DNA of 63,721 nucleotides, the filler included, from Choristocarpus tenellus KU-1152 (lineage: Eukaryota > Protista > Phaeophyceae): NCBI GenBank assembly GCA_964200185.2. It is 10 parts of 10 records of this genome, joined end to end, with 100 filler letters (N's around TTAATTAATTAA, not from the genome) between each part and the next. Parts side by side here need not be neighbours in the genome. Positions count along the whole stretch, not along the records: positions 30,039 to 46,543 come from CAXNAD020000816.1; positions 46,644 to 49,807 come from CAXNAD020021845.1; positions 49,908 to 60,253 come from CAXNAD020002978.1; 7 more parts are not named here. The stretch is one strand, 5' to 3'. Within the stretch, counting starts at the first letter, position 1, and every line of letters begins with the position of its first letter. Shown in pieces: positions 37,830 to 51,110 of this stretch. The notes under the pieces are model-generated. The model ran no database searches. It saw only the letters and a program-made list of their open reading frames with translations, and was not told the DNA's origin. Made by a program: the position numbers and the translations under genes.

Positions 37830-40800
37830 ATGCCATCCTCAATCTCCAAGGATGGCACTTGCCACGCGGAGGGTGCAATAGAGATGGAGGATGGATATAC
37901 TGAAGAAGTCATCGATGAGTCCCGAGAAGAACTCAGTGTGCAGGACAGGGGATATGCCGATGAGGTGAAGGGTGCAGAGACCATGTACCACAGGCACCGC
38001 TTGCCTTGGTTTGATGCTGTTCCATCTCATGCAGCAGGAGCTATTTCAAACGTGGCATGGAGTATTGCTTCAAATGCTACATACTCCGTGGGAGCACTGC
38101 TGGGAGGGAGGGAGAGAACACAGGGCATCCCTCCAGTAAATGCATCGTCGCAGCTAGTGATAAAGGAAATGGCCTTGCCCATGTTATCAATCGCCGCTGC
38201 TCAACCAGGTACTGAGCTATACTGAGCTACTCCCAGGGGTACTAGGGGAGAGCTCAAGGGGGTGATTTGATTGGCTGAGGTTGTTGTGGTTCAGGAACGA
38301 TTGGTGAGCAGGGGGGGGCCTTCCTTTGTACACTTCTTGTGTTGGACTGTGAGGTGTCATAATTACTACCCCCCTCATCCTGTCCCTGCTCCTAGTTGTT
38401 TTTGTGCAGTTATTGGACTAGAAATTATTGGTTGATTTGCAGGTCTTGAGCAGTGGTCAATCACGTATGTGCCCATGACATTGTGTACATTTGAATGTAT
38501 CCCCCTTTGGATGTCTGCTTGCTCCTGCAAGTGCTTACACAGTTGACAATTTTTGTGCATGTGTGTCCTGGCAACATGCTCTCTTCTGAGTCATTGCTCC
38601 CAAGGATAAGACAGGTTTCTCTGGAGACACATGTCGTTAGCATTGTACAGCACAGCAATATGTTGTATGAAATCTTCCTTGGTATCACCAAGGGCCCCTG
38701 TACACCTAAGCAAATATTGCAAGTCTTGAACACCGCGCACAGGTACCTTTCCTTTCAAACTTGGACCCACAAAACTGCCTCCACTACCTGAACCAATGTC
38801 TCAGTATATTTTGTCCCTGATTCAACTTGCCTAGGAAAACTGGCATCCAAATTGATCAGATACCCCTGGGAGTGGGTCATGATGTTATCAACAAACCCAG
38901 TAGGCACCAATATATGGTAATGTCCTTACAACTTGACGCATGTACACTACAGCCAATCCGGTTGTCTATTGCAGCGCTCAAGCTGAGGTGGCCTGCAGAC
39001 ACAGGTCCAACCGTGGGTGGAACACCACCTCTCCAGTACTTTCCCTCAACCTTTTCCCCGTTGCCTTATGGCAGTTACGGTTTACCTCCTGTTCTGCCCA
39101 TCGTTGCCGTTGCCCTTGATTGCTGATGGTTGTGTACCTTCATTCAGGTGATGTTCATTGCGTGGCCCAAATTGAGACCATGGACAAGGTCGAAGTACTT
39201 TCAACTATGATTCGCAGCGGGAATTATGATCAAGACTCTTCCCAGGACAAGGTAGGCAAATATTTCGCTCGAACACAGGCCAAACGTAAAACAAACCATA
39301 TGCTGTGGTACAGGCATTATCTTTGCAGATCTGTTGAGGAGCTGCATGAGTCACTTGGGTTTGACAGTGATACCTTTTGTATGTTAAGTTGGTATACATA
39401 TTTTGATTGACCATGAGTAGGTGAATTGCGATTATTTGTTCATTCCCTGGCGTACAAATGCCCATAAAGCATAAGGAAGACTCATTACCAGGCCTGTTAC
39501 AGATTTTGCTGGTTGAATAGCTTAGGAGGTATTTGTCATCCTTTGTTAATTCTTTGCTGCAAAATGTATACAATCTACAGAAGGGTAGAAAGAGGGTCTC
39601 ACCCACCACACCCACATACTGCTCATATACTCAAAGTATAATGAGGCTGTGCATATGTAGACATAACATAAAATATACATATGCACTACTGTTACAGATT
39701 TTTCCTAGGCCTAGGGCAGTGCTACACCCACCTTGACAATTCTTGACTACTCAATATTATATACATTGTGGTTTTTGCCCCGGAGTCTGAGCTTTACTGG
39801 CCCTGGCTTCAAGCATCTTTGAATCACACCTGGTTTTGAACCCATGCCCCACTACGTATGAGAACTACAATGAATGACTTGCTCCATTTCAAGGTGTTTG
39901 TGCATGGTAAAAGCAGACCTTCATTGTGTTGAAGAGTTACTAACTATAGGTAATGATAGAAAATTGATGAGTCTGATATTTCTTTCCTATCGAGTAGTTG
40001 AAACTTGGATATGAAATCTCCATGTTCAAAGGGCGGAGGCTTCTAAAGATCGTTGCACCTTGCCTGAGAAGCTCAGCCGTGAAAGTCGACACGAGCCCTA
40101 CCGTTCACATTCAAGGATAGAGGAGTTGTGGTTGTCACCAAAGAATATGCCATAAACATCCTCCTATGGATAAATATGGTTCTCCTTCTTTAGGAGCTTG
40201 GTCTTCAATTGTGTGCAAATCTCACAAACACCTATTGTCAGGGAAAGGCAAAATTGTTCATACCCATCCCCTTCGAAATATATATATATATATTTATGCT
40301 TTGCAGCAAATGTACACACACCTCTAGTTATTTTTTGTCTCTATCAGCGGAGTACTCCGGAGCAGTACATGTCTAGTGTGTGACATGTCTTGGTGCACAT
40401 TTTAGCCAGTGTGTGTCCTGTAACACTTTGGTGAACCAATTTTTGAACTTTTCATAGTTGAAACAAAATAAATGTTTGTAGTGTAGGTGCCTTGCTCAAA
40501 GAGTTGGCAATAGAGATTGAGGAAATTGTCTGTGATAAGCAAGGCAGTATCATGTAATGAATGTACCACTGCAATGCTGTGTTACTGTTGATATGTCCTT
40601 CCTGCAAGACCTGGGAGAACCATTTGGAAATGCCTTGCATCCTCTCCACACAGATACCAGATATCTCCTTGAGATTAGCAGCACAACGCCTCTTGAGGCT
40701 GGGCATGTGTAAATAGTCATACGGCAAGCCGTGACCCCAGTATTTCCAAGTACAAGTGTATCTCGCAGAAGTTCCAAAAAGGGAACTTTGCCAGAAATGG

Positions 40801-43505
40801 AGTTGAGCTCTCTCTTATTCCTCCCCCCGCTCAGGAGGGTTTTACACAGTGTCCAGGATACCTTCAGGGCAAGCTATCTGTGGATCAAAGTATCTGGGGG
40901 GGGGGGGGGGGGGCGGGGTCTGTTTTTGACCCTGTCTCAAAGTATCTAGGGGGGGGGGCGGGGTCCCCTTTGGNNNNNNNNNNCCCCTCGGGGGGTTTTT
41001 AAACCGGGGCCAGGTATCTGTTGGGGGATGGTTGTTGTGGAGTAGAGGGGGGGGGGGGGGGGGGGGGGGGGTGTCGGCGTCCGTTTTTGACCCTGGCTCA
41101 AAGTATCTGGGAGGTGTGGCGGCTGTCCATTTGGGGTCAATTTTTTCATGTCGCGATATTTGGGTGATTTGGTTCCATACGTTGGATGGATAGTGAAAGT
41201 ACACTTTTCCTGGTGTTGGTCCAAATGGACACTCTGGTGTAGACCCCTCCCCCCCCCCAGATACTTTGGATCTGTGTTCCATCCCTGACCCTGCCTACTG
41301 ACACCATGGGCTCATTTCAATCCCATGACAACTCTAGGGAGGTGGGGGGGGTGACTGTCACCTGCCTGACCTGAACTGCCAGATATGGATGGGTGATCCA
41401 CTGTGCTAAGGTGTAATGCTTCATTTACATCACTCTCTTCCTGCCCCTCGTATTAATGCGCATCCTCCCATCACAATGTGGACCAACTGCACAAAATACA
41501 GATCAGTGGCATTTTTGCGGGTGAGGAGGCCTTCCAAGATGAGAAGAGTACCGACCGTTCTGTCCAGTACGGCCTCAGCAAGCAGTGCTGGAAATATTTT
41601 GAAAAATTGATTCATACAAATGGAAATGTGATGCCTGACGTCTTCACTATGCCCTTCACACATCAAGAAGGTATAAAGTCTACTGCACACATTGCCGTAG
41701 TGATTTAGTGGGTGATGTGTGTTCTGGGAAAGTCTTGAGCGTCAGTTATAATTCCCACTGATGTGCCCAACTGGGTTATAGTTCCCTTTCCAGCTGATTT
41801 GTATGCAACAATTGTAATATATATTTTTAGCTAGTCTGGCTATAATACTTCTCCTTAGCGTTGGATACTTCCTGGAGTGTCAACGACTATTATATTTGTC
41901 TGTATCATGACACTGCTACTTCAAAGTATGCATGTATGTATGTATGTATGTATGTATGTATGTATGTATGTATGTATGTATGTATGTATGTATGTATGTA
42001 TGCACATATATGCACCTGAGAGGGTTTCAGAGCCAGAGTATCTCAGGGGGTTGGGGCGCATCCATTTGCGATCCAAAATTCATTGTTGCGATTGTAATGT
42101 AACTTTGACTATCGTGTTTATTAGGATTTATCAATATCCTTGTTTCGGACACACCTTTTCATAAGGTATTCGTTTACCTACTCCGAAACATTTTGGAGTA
42201 GGAAAATGTCATAAAAAATACATGGGAAGCCATGGCCCAAATGAACAAACAGGGCAAAACTCGTACCCTCTAAGATGCTTTCACTCTTCAGACACCGTCC
42301 TTTGTATGCAGGCAGGATTTGACCACTATATACACTTTTGCTGCCATCCTTTCCTGATCACAAACTCAACATCAATCCTACATCATTCTCTTCCATGCAA
42401 ACACTGTTGATTATACTACGGCCACGATAAAAAAAAAATTCTTGCCCCTTTTCTCCCAACATTCCTGTGTCCATTTGAGTTTTGGTTGCACGTTGAGTGG
42501 CAAATTTCAGAGCTTCAAATGTGTGTTCGATTCGAGTACAGCAGAGTATGAGTCAGAATAAGTGAGGTTCATAGGATATACTTGAAGAATACATACCATT
42601 TCTGAACCATGCTCGATGCACTCTGTCACATCACAATATATGTGGATACTCAGATTTGTATCTCCTCTAGGACAACCCAACACCAAAAAATATATCATAC
42701 GTGCTGCAGTATAGATAACTCATTTTGTAGTGTGCTTTCTTCAACCCCATGTGCCTCTCGTTGAACAACCTTTACATGGTTCATACTTGTCATGGGTGCT
42801 TTGTCAGGAGGTGACGAGTTCTCTGTGCAAATGGTGAAGAGGTTCAATTCAGCTGATGGACTTTGGAGAGCATTTGCACAGGTGTGTTGTTGGGTTGTTG
42901 TGAGACAGACATAAATGATGAAACCCGTCTGACTCCCCCCCCTAACAAAATGACCCTCTTGCCATGAATTGTGTCTGTTGCTAAAAACCTTTGCAAAGGC
43001 AGTTGTACCAGCCATCTATCTATCTGGACTAAAATCATTGTTGTTTCATTATATACACTACCAGTAGATCTCCATCAAAATAGTGTTTAGACCTCTTGCT
43101 TGGTGCAGACATCATCCATATGGGTGTTATTGTACATCCAACGAAAAGAGTCTCTCTGATTCCATGGGCTGGAAACTCCTTGAAGCACAGCTGCCTAGAA
43201 GCACAGCTGTCTATGCCATACATTGCATTTGGCCCATGACACACTTGTGTACTGTTGTGGTGGAGATGTGTAGTGCTATATATATACATTAGAAATCAAG
43301 AGGATTTTAGCCCATGGTGGCAAGACCTGATCTGAGGATTAAGTTTTGATACTTTTCCTTCTTCATCGTAGCGACATGCTATGGTTTGAATACACGTATA
43401 GATGTGCTCTCCCTCATTCTTATCAGCGGTGAATACCACCTGTTCCACAGCATGATATTTTCGTGAGAAATATATGGTAGACAAGAACATCATGTTGTGG
43501 AACAG
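37830..43505 (+). CDS. Exon chain of unknown function (about 37830-38208, 39148-39251, 41502-41670, 43427-43505), possibly the N-terminal extension of the phosphatase
   Basis: GT-AG boundaries with matching phases 1, 0, 1, 2; in-frame TGA at 43453-43455. Confidence 0.4.
40450..41300 (+). pseudogene. Decayed tandem duplicate of about 44010-44445 (5' part of the phosphatase gene), split by a MITE
   Basis: CCCAGTATTTCCAAGT, AACTTTGCCA, CCCCCGCTCA, ACAGTGTCC and CATCCCTGA occur in the same order in both copies. Confidence 0.8.
40882..41272 (-). mobile_element. Composite family B/C MITE with reiterated ends
   Basis: Repeated CAAAGTATCT-polyG-TTTTTGACCCT units, then a full B copy at 41095-41272; TGT duplicated on the outer flanks; 10-N gap inside. 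Confidence 0.8.
41927..42002. repeat. (TATG)n microsatellite
   Basis: About 18 units. Confidence 0.95.
42030..42286 (+). mobile_element. MITE family A
   Basis: GAGCC...CACTC with TTCA duplicated at 42026-42029 and 42287-42290. Confidence 0.92.
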
Positions 43506-43717
43506 GTGAGATTCGTCGCTGAAAAGGATTTGAGAGCGAATTTGGAAGGATATGAGGCATGCCTTGATGCAAATAGTTGTTCATCCAGAGGTAATGGAAA
43601 TGTTGATGAATGTGATGCTAAAGTATCGCCCAGTTTTGGTGTCTACATAGTTTTCACTGATACTATTGTTTTACTGGTGTCTAGACACACTGTACAAGCA
43701 TCGCCAGTTGAATGAGT

Positions 43718-43897
43718 GGCTCAAAGTATCTGTGAGGGAGTGGCGGCTGTCCATTTGGGGTCAATTTTTTCATGTCGCGATTTTTGGGTGATTTGGTCGC
43801 ATACGACGGATGGTTACTGTAAATGCACTTTTCCAGATTTTGACCCAAATGGACACCATTGTGTAGACTCCCCCCCCCCTCCGAGATACTTTGGGTC
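43718..43897 (-). mobile_element. MITE family B
   Basis: GGCTCAAAGTATCT ... AGATACTTTGGGTC; AGT duplicated. Confidence 0.92.
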
Positions 43898-44212
43898 AGT
43901 TGAATCTAGGTGAACCCATTGAGTATTACATACAAGTAGCGTCTCTGTATGTATGCATGTGCTGAAACACTGTTACATTTCTACATACTCAATGCATTTT
44001 GTTGTGTGTGAGTTGGATACATGTTGCAATGCATATTTGATTGGTATCTTGTTCAAAGGGCTGATGAAGAAAGTTCTGGAGATTGCTATTGACAACCAAG
44101 GCAGTGAGTGGAAAAAAAATAGAATGTGCCAATGTGCTGCTATTACTACATTCTTGCTGGCAATTTTGAAGAGATCGTGAGCACAAACATACCTCACGCT
44201 ATCACCTCGCAG

Positions 44213-46500
44213 CCTTGAGATAACCCAATGTGTTGTGAATGTGCAAAGACTCCAGAGTAGTCTTTCAGCAAGCTGTGATCCCAGTATTTCCAAGTCCCAA
44301 GTCTGTCTCGCAGAATTTCAAAAAGGAGAACTTTGCCAAAAATGCCGTTGAGCTCCCTCTACCCTTACCCCCGCTCATGAGAGTTGTAGACAGTGTCCCC
44401 GAGACCTTTGGGAATAGATATCCGTGTTTCATCCCTGATCCTGTCTGGAAAATTAGGGTTTGCACAGACGTTCCCAACTATTGCCTTGTAAACTCTACAA
44501 ACAGGTGGACCCATTGAACCTGGCGGTTGTGGATGGCTGTGTGGTGCACCAGCATCATGAGACTCAGAATTACGCTCAAATTCTATGCCCCTCACTATTG
44601 AGAAATCGATTTGAGCGGCAGGGCTTGCTCTCCAAGTCCGAAGCAATCTTCCTGTTGGAGACGGTGTGTACCCCGCAGAAATAGTCTTAACGACTTATGC
44701 TTTCTTTGGGGGAATGGAATGGGTACATGATGTGGTTTTGACGTAATATGAAGTTGGTGTGTCGTAGATATGTACATATATACTCGAGCATACATATATA
44801 GATATATATATATATAGAGAGAGAGATAAATGAATGTGTGGAAATGACCATGTGCATGTAGGTCTAGTCTGTGGTTGCACTTGTACCTCTTACAGTCTTG
44901 CGCAAAGCAATGGTTGGTGAGGAAATGGTTTGTGTGGAGGTTTAGTGCACAGATCACTGATAAATCAATTGTGCTTGTGCTTGTGCACGCACGATTGTGT
45001 GTCTGTGTCTGTGCGAGCATTGAAAAATTGTACACATGCTACTTTGAAGCCATGGTCAATGCATGGTGCTTCCTGCTTGCCCTAAAGATATAATTTGTTG
45101 GAAACCAGTGGAATGTAATGGGTCAAAATGCCTCACATAATTTCCTCCAAATGCATGAATATATCTACAAGGAAGTGCCGTGTTATCTCTCTAAGCAACG
45201 TCAAGAAGCACTACATATACTGTCTTACCCTACAACATGTTTTTGCCCCCACTTTCACTTGTTGACATTTCTAACGGCCAGCACCATGGCAGTAGTCTGC
45301 ATCCATCATGGTCAAAGCTGCACGGAATGTCTTTCAGTCTGAAATTGGAATATCACTGGAGTTGGTGCATTTGTGTATGTGCACGAAGGCATGTGCATGT
45401 TGAACAAAGTGTGCCAATCTACATGCCGCCTTGAGCTTTACCGTCAAGTCACTGAGGGACAACACAGGAACCAAAAAGGATACTGATCTTCGTATGTTGT
45501 TGCAGAGCATTCTAGTATTTCGACCACTAGCCTCCAACCTGATACCCCCCAACCAATGGCACTGATTCCTCATCTTCTTTATCTCTCTCTCTGTATGATC
45601 ATGGTTGCCCCTCCCCCTTTCAACTGTTTAGGGGGAAGAGGTGCTCAGCAGTGAGCCCAACATGCTTGACCTGTACGGAGACACAACTTTGGTTGGGGAT
45701 CTACACGGACAGTTATTTGACCTACTCCAAATATTTGACAAGTGTGACATGGTGAGCAGCAGAGGAAAGGAAAGAAGGAGCCTCGAGGAGTGTTGTGCAG
45801 GAGTTGGTGGTGTTGAAGTGAAACGAGGGAGCCATTGCTTCGTTCAAGTACTTCAAAGTATGAGATACAATTTTTTATCATTCAATTCTTCATTCAGATT
45901 CTTCGATTGGACTTGCAGTGCTGTCTTGGTTTTGTGCTTAGCTTATGCAGGTTTGCAACGGCTACAACCGCTATCTCGTATGTAGGGCTGGGCGCATTGT
46001 TGTCATACTGCACTACTGTTGTATCCCAAGTTTCTCATCACCATCTCTACTCCCACCTCTCACCCCTGTGCCGTGGATGAGTGCATACATGGAGATGAAT
46101 TGTCACGATTGTCTTGTTGTCCACCTCAATGGACATGAAAGGGTTACTACTACTGTATCTAAACTCACGTTAGTAGAGGACAAGATCCGCATAGACTGAC
46201 CCCATATTCCACCCCATACCACCCTGCACATGTGATAGCATCTCGTAGTTGATCAAACTAACTCATCATCATTTGCCCCGGTCTCCTCCTGCAACTGGAC
46301 CATCTCTCTCCTTCTTCCTTTCTCTTCAATAGCCCCCGCTGACCAAATACCTTTTCATGGGAGATTATGTGGACCGCGGCGACTTCTCCTGCGAAGTGTT
46401 CTTCCTGCTGCTCGCCATGAAGGTAACTCACCCTGGAGAGGTGTACCTTCTACGCGGCAACCACGAAACGGTCAATCAGACGGCCTCGTGCGGCTTCAAG
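44213..46500 (+). CDS. Calcineurin-A-like (PPP family) Ser/Thr phosphatase, 5' part; exons about 44213/44269-44457, 44505-44663, 45632-45751, 46333-46500; cut by the contig end
   Basis: Catalytic motifs GDLHGQ, GDYVDRG and RGNHE, preceded by RVVDSVP and LRNRFERQGLL...GEEVLSSEPNML, which resemble the calcineurin A N-terminus. Confidence 0.88.
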
Positions 46501-46699
46501 GTACGATAAGGGCAAAAAGAGATTGGGATGAAGGCCAGGGGGANNNNNNNNNNNNNNNNNNNNNNNNNNNNNNNNNNNNNNNNNNNNTTAATTAATTAAN
46601 NNNNNNNNNNNNNNNNNNNNNNNNNNNNNNNNNNNNNNNNNNNATGGGCACAGAGGAGTCTGTTGGATTCTTGGGATGCCTTCCTAGCTCCCCCCCCCG

Positions 46700-46917
46700 G
46701 GGCACAGGAGTAGGTAGATGGGAAGCAAAGGAAGACAGTAGTACAATATCGGATAGTAGTGAAGTAACAGATTAGTGGTTTCCATACATTGTTTTATAGT
46801 GTTCTTATGTTTAGGATATTTTATTTCCTTAGGGCAAAAAGCGAGGCATGTATAGTTTTCATTGGTTTCCCCCCTGACACATCTGCAAAATGTCAGAGGG
46901 CATAATAATAATAAAAA
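46700..46917 (+). mobile_element. LINE-type 3' end with (TAA)n tail
   Basis: CACATCTGCAAAATGTCAGAGGGCATAATAATAAT, same terminus as at 18240-18280. Confidence 0.65.
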
Positions 46918-49900
46918 TAGGAAAAAAATTAAACGTGTATATTTTATTATTAGTAGTATTTTATTATTTTTCGTATATCGTTGTTTTTGGGTGTTTTTTA
47001 AACATAACAAACCGACGGATTTGTCTAGAGTTATTATAAAGCGAATAATATAGGTTGCACAACCACTGTTCTATAAAAATGATAAATATGATAATGATAG
47101 AGTTCTAATAATAATATCTAAATACAACAACAGTGTTCCTATCTTAAATTTTATATATTGAAGAATCAAAGAAGTAATTGAGATGTTCCAAATCCTTCCT
47201 TTTCCTACAATTAATTATAAAAAAGTTTCGCTGAATTATGCTGTGATCTTGTGTGAGGAATGGGGAATATAATTTTGCGCCATTGATTGAGAACATAAAT
47301 CGATGAAAATCAGTTCGGTGAGGTTATGAAAAATGGATTGATAGACAAAAATTCAACACCTGTCTACCTCTCCATCAATTTTGATCTAATTTTTTTTTAT
47401 CTGTAAGATACAAAATATCGATTGATTGATTAATACGTAAACTGAAGTCAGATAGATACAGTATAGGGGTGTGATTGTTGCATGTTGGGGTGTTTTGTAA
47501 CACAAAATGATACATTTCGACCCTATAACTCGACATATGTGTAATATATCAAAGAGCGAACCATGCAGTATTATTTCTACGAACATCCTAAGAAGGGTGT
47601 AGGATTACCATCTTCAACTTGAATCTGGTCTGCATACTATACCCACCATTTCTACAATACTTATTCGTTTTGTTGTATTATTTTTCATCTTTTGAAGTCG
47701 TTTCTGTTCTTTTTCTGGTCTATTGATGCCAACTGCATGTTGTACATTTCGCGCGCACGGATAAAGTCCGCGGCTCGCGCTTCTGGAAGTATGTATACAG
47801 AAGTTTGAGGACAACCCCCTTCATAATAACGCAAATATTACGTAAGGTATGAATGGCGACTTTGTGCATTAGCATCTAAGCTGCTGCTCCTCTTTCTCTG
47901 CTATCTCTTGTCCTGTCTCTCTGTTGTGACTCTCTGTCGTGACTCTCTGGTATGAGTTTCCACACCTTGAGAGGCGTTTGAAAGTGTCATAGGGGGGATT
48001 TCTCCACATCTGGCAGCAACTTCCATTCATCATATATGCTTCCATGCGCACTTAGTATCTTAGAGCAACGGGGATTGGTACACTGTTGGTTGCAAGATGC
48101 TTGGCGCAACACGTCATAAAAAAAAAGGGGTATGTACTACCCTTACAACTCCAACCCCACTCCCACGGACTCTCTCTACCTTCCATGCCAAGGCCACACC
48201 GATTGTGCCATATGCACACAATTCTTTTGCCTGTCCATTGCCCTCCCCTTCTCATCATGTGTACATGCTGGTAGCAGGGTGGCCCCTCTCCTAGTTTTTT
48301 TCCTTTTAATATTATTTTTATGAAGTTTGTAGCCTGATGTAAACAGACCCGTGGTCAGAATGGTAGCAAAAGAAGAGAAGAGAGAGACTAAGGAAGAAAA
48401 TATTCTGTGTCACAACAACAAAATAATGAATATAGAGAGATCAGAGAAAAAGAAAATGCACAAGGTGAACAGGGCACTCGCTTGGACACACACTGGGCAT
48501 AGGAAAAAAACGCTCTTCTTGCCCCTCATTTTTTTTTGCTATGAGGTAAGCTTAAAAAAAGAAAAAAAACAGGAAGAATCCCAAAGGGCCGTTATTATTT
48601 GCTGAGAATTATTTTCATGTTTTCACTGTTCGGAATCGTTCTTTGTTCTAAAGTATTTAAAATGGCGACAGTTCACTTGTACGAAACAAAAGGCATCATT
48701 TCATGTTCCTGTTCCTGCTCAGTGAAAAGGATAACATTTTCTAGCCAATAGGAATGGCCCTCACTCTTGGCACCGTGAACTGTCTTTATTTTGTTTCCAG
48801 GCATTGGGTGGCTGGTTCTCTTTGAGCAAACATTATTTTCGAAGGAAAATAAGGCAAGAAGAACCAGTTAGTATGCCTTATGTGGTGCAATAGATCCCCC
48901 CCTTTGCACAGACCATAGTGAGCAAGGTAACTGTAAGATGCCGCAAAAAACGTTCCTTGGTGTGTGCACACCTTTGTGGGACATACTAGGCATGACACAA
49001 GGCATGATATAATGATACAATAACCCAATCCTAAGAATGAGTTCAAGTGGGTTTGCTTCAAGTATGTGAAGGGGGGGGGGGGGGGGGGGGGGGTAAAAAA
49101 AAAGATTAAAAAATCTTTTTTAGACAAAAAAAAAAATGCCGGNNNNNNNNNNAAAAAAAAAAAAAAAAAAAAACACCCAAAAAAAAATGTGGGTTGTGTG
49201 GGTTGGTGGTGGGGGGGGGGGGGGGGGGGGGGGGGGGGGTGCAGTTCAGAAAAATGATTGAAAGTCCTCTTCTAGACATAGAAAGTACTGCCTGGAGCTA
49301 TCTCTGCTAGTGGTGGGGAGTGAGACAATCAGTAACAGATATCAAGACCAAGAAACAACAAGGAAGTTATATTTTGTTTGACCAGGAAAGGCTCAGACCC
49401 TGCAGTCTTGGAGGTATCCACTACACCATGGACAGCTGTCTATGCTAGTTGAGCTGTGTTGGCATGACTTCAGGGCAGACTAGTTGACGTTTAATGAAAA
49501 GCAATCAGATTGTGTTTGTTCTTGAGTTTAAGCTTTTTGTATCTGAGAGGCTTTGACTCTGTTGCTGGGTTCGTTCAGACTGTGTGAGGATGAATAACTT
49601 ACTTTTTATCTAAATCAAGGAGTCCCCTCCCTCCCCCAAAGGGATTTGTAAAAATATATATATTCTTGCACATTTTCGTATAATTCTAGGTTGGGGTTAG
49701 GGTAAGGGTTAGGGCTAGGATGAAAAAGATACACCGGTATACAAGGGAGGCATTCAAGTAAGAGTTACTGGCCTGACTCCCACCCCCACCCCCCTCCCCC
49801 CTTCTCCNNNNNNNNNNNNNNNNNNNNNNNNNNNNNNNNNNNNNNNNNNNNTTAATTAATTAANNNNNNNNNNNNNNNNNNNNNNNNNNNNNNNNNNNNN

Positions 49901-49972
49901 NNNNNNNTTTCGCTCTACTTAACTGGGAGGGGGAGAGGTGTTACATAAAAAAAAAACCAATACTAACGGAAT

Positions 49973-50150
49973 GGGGGGGGGGGGGGGGGGGGGGGGTTCT
50001 ACACCAGGGTGTCCATTTGGGGCATAACCAGGAAAGGTGCACTTGTATTATCCATCCGATGTATGCAACCAAATCACAAAAAAAAAAATCGCAACATGAA
50101 AAAATTGACCCCAAATGGACAGTCGCCACCCCCCCCAGATACTTTGAGCC
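49973..50150 (+). mobile_element. MITE family B, left TIR lost in poly-G
   Basis: GGGTGTCCATTTGGGG ... CCCCAAATGGACAG ... AGATACTTTGAGCC. Confidence 0.88.
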
Positions 50151-50477
50151 ATTTGGTGTGTTTGACACTCAGTGACAGGTGTTTCTATGTTGGTTATGTT
50201 CGGTGCAAATTGAGGTCAGCAGTGGTTGGCATACCACATGGTACTCCATAGCAGCCCAGTGTGGATATCCCCACCCCTCCCAGACAACAACACGGCTTTG
50301 GACATTACTCCAAGGCACTTGATCAAATGTGTGGACTCATTGACCTATGAACTAGTTTGACTCTTGTAAAGTGCAGAGGTCAATAAATTTGATCCATAAA
50401 TGCAGGTGATCGGGGAGCATATCGACTTTGAGGGATAAACCATTACTGCACTGTGCATGTACTTTAGGCCAACGTTT

Positions 50478-50740
50478 GATCCAGAGTATCCTAGAGAGGG
50501 TGTCAGGGTCCGTTTGGGTCTTTTTGACTCTGTAGCGATTTTCATATCATATGAGTGAACGTGTCAGATGTAATTTCCTCCATCTGAACCAACATTCCTT
50601 TTCCATACCCCTGCTTGGACCATGTCCCAAGGGAAATCACCCACAAAAAGGGCATCAAACTGGGGTGTTTCACAACACCTCATCAAGCCCCAAATTGACC
50701 ATTTGGGCTAAACACCCCCTGTCTAGGATACTATTGACTT
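50478..50740 (+). mobile_element. MITE family D
   Basis: GATCCAGAGTATCCTAGA ... TCTAGGATACTATTGAC; homologous to 56016-56606 in reverse. Confidence 0.75.
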
Positions 50741-50861
50741 TTCTGTGTGCAGAGCAGACCGTGATATCTCTTCAAGAAGTACATATCTTGTCCATACCGC
50801 ATCACTAATTCTAACCCATAGGCACAGTAATACAACGATCCAAATGCACAAAGAGGCCTAC

Positions 50862-51110
50862 GGGAGATCTTTGAGGGAAGTTCCATTTCCAAGTGAAGAC
50901 TCACTACTGTACAAAATGTTCTACTGAAGATGGATCCTTGATGTCCGAATCTCATGGGGACTGGAATATCATGATATCCCTGCTATTTCTCTTCAGGAGA
51001 TCTTGGAGGGAAGTTTAATTCCAAGTGAAGGCTCACTACGTTCCTAAATGATCCATTGGAGATGGAGCCTTGAGTCCGAATCTCATGGGACTTGAACATC
51101 ACGATACTTG
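50862..51110. repeat. Diverged tandem duplication, unit about 133 bp
   Basis: GGAGATCTT-GAGGGAAGTT...TTCCAAGTGAAG...GTCCGAATCTCATGGG occurs twice. Confidence 0.85.

Noticed and set aside
43453-43455. In-frame TGA as selenocysteine
   Set aside because: CGA to TGA decay appears common here, there is no selenoprotein-like context, and no SECIS can be seen.
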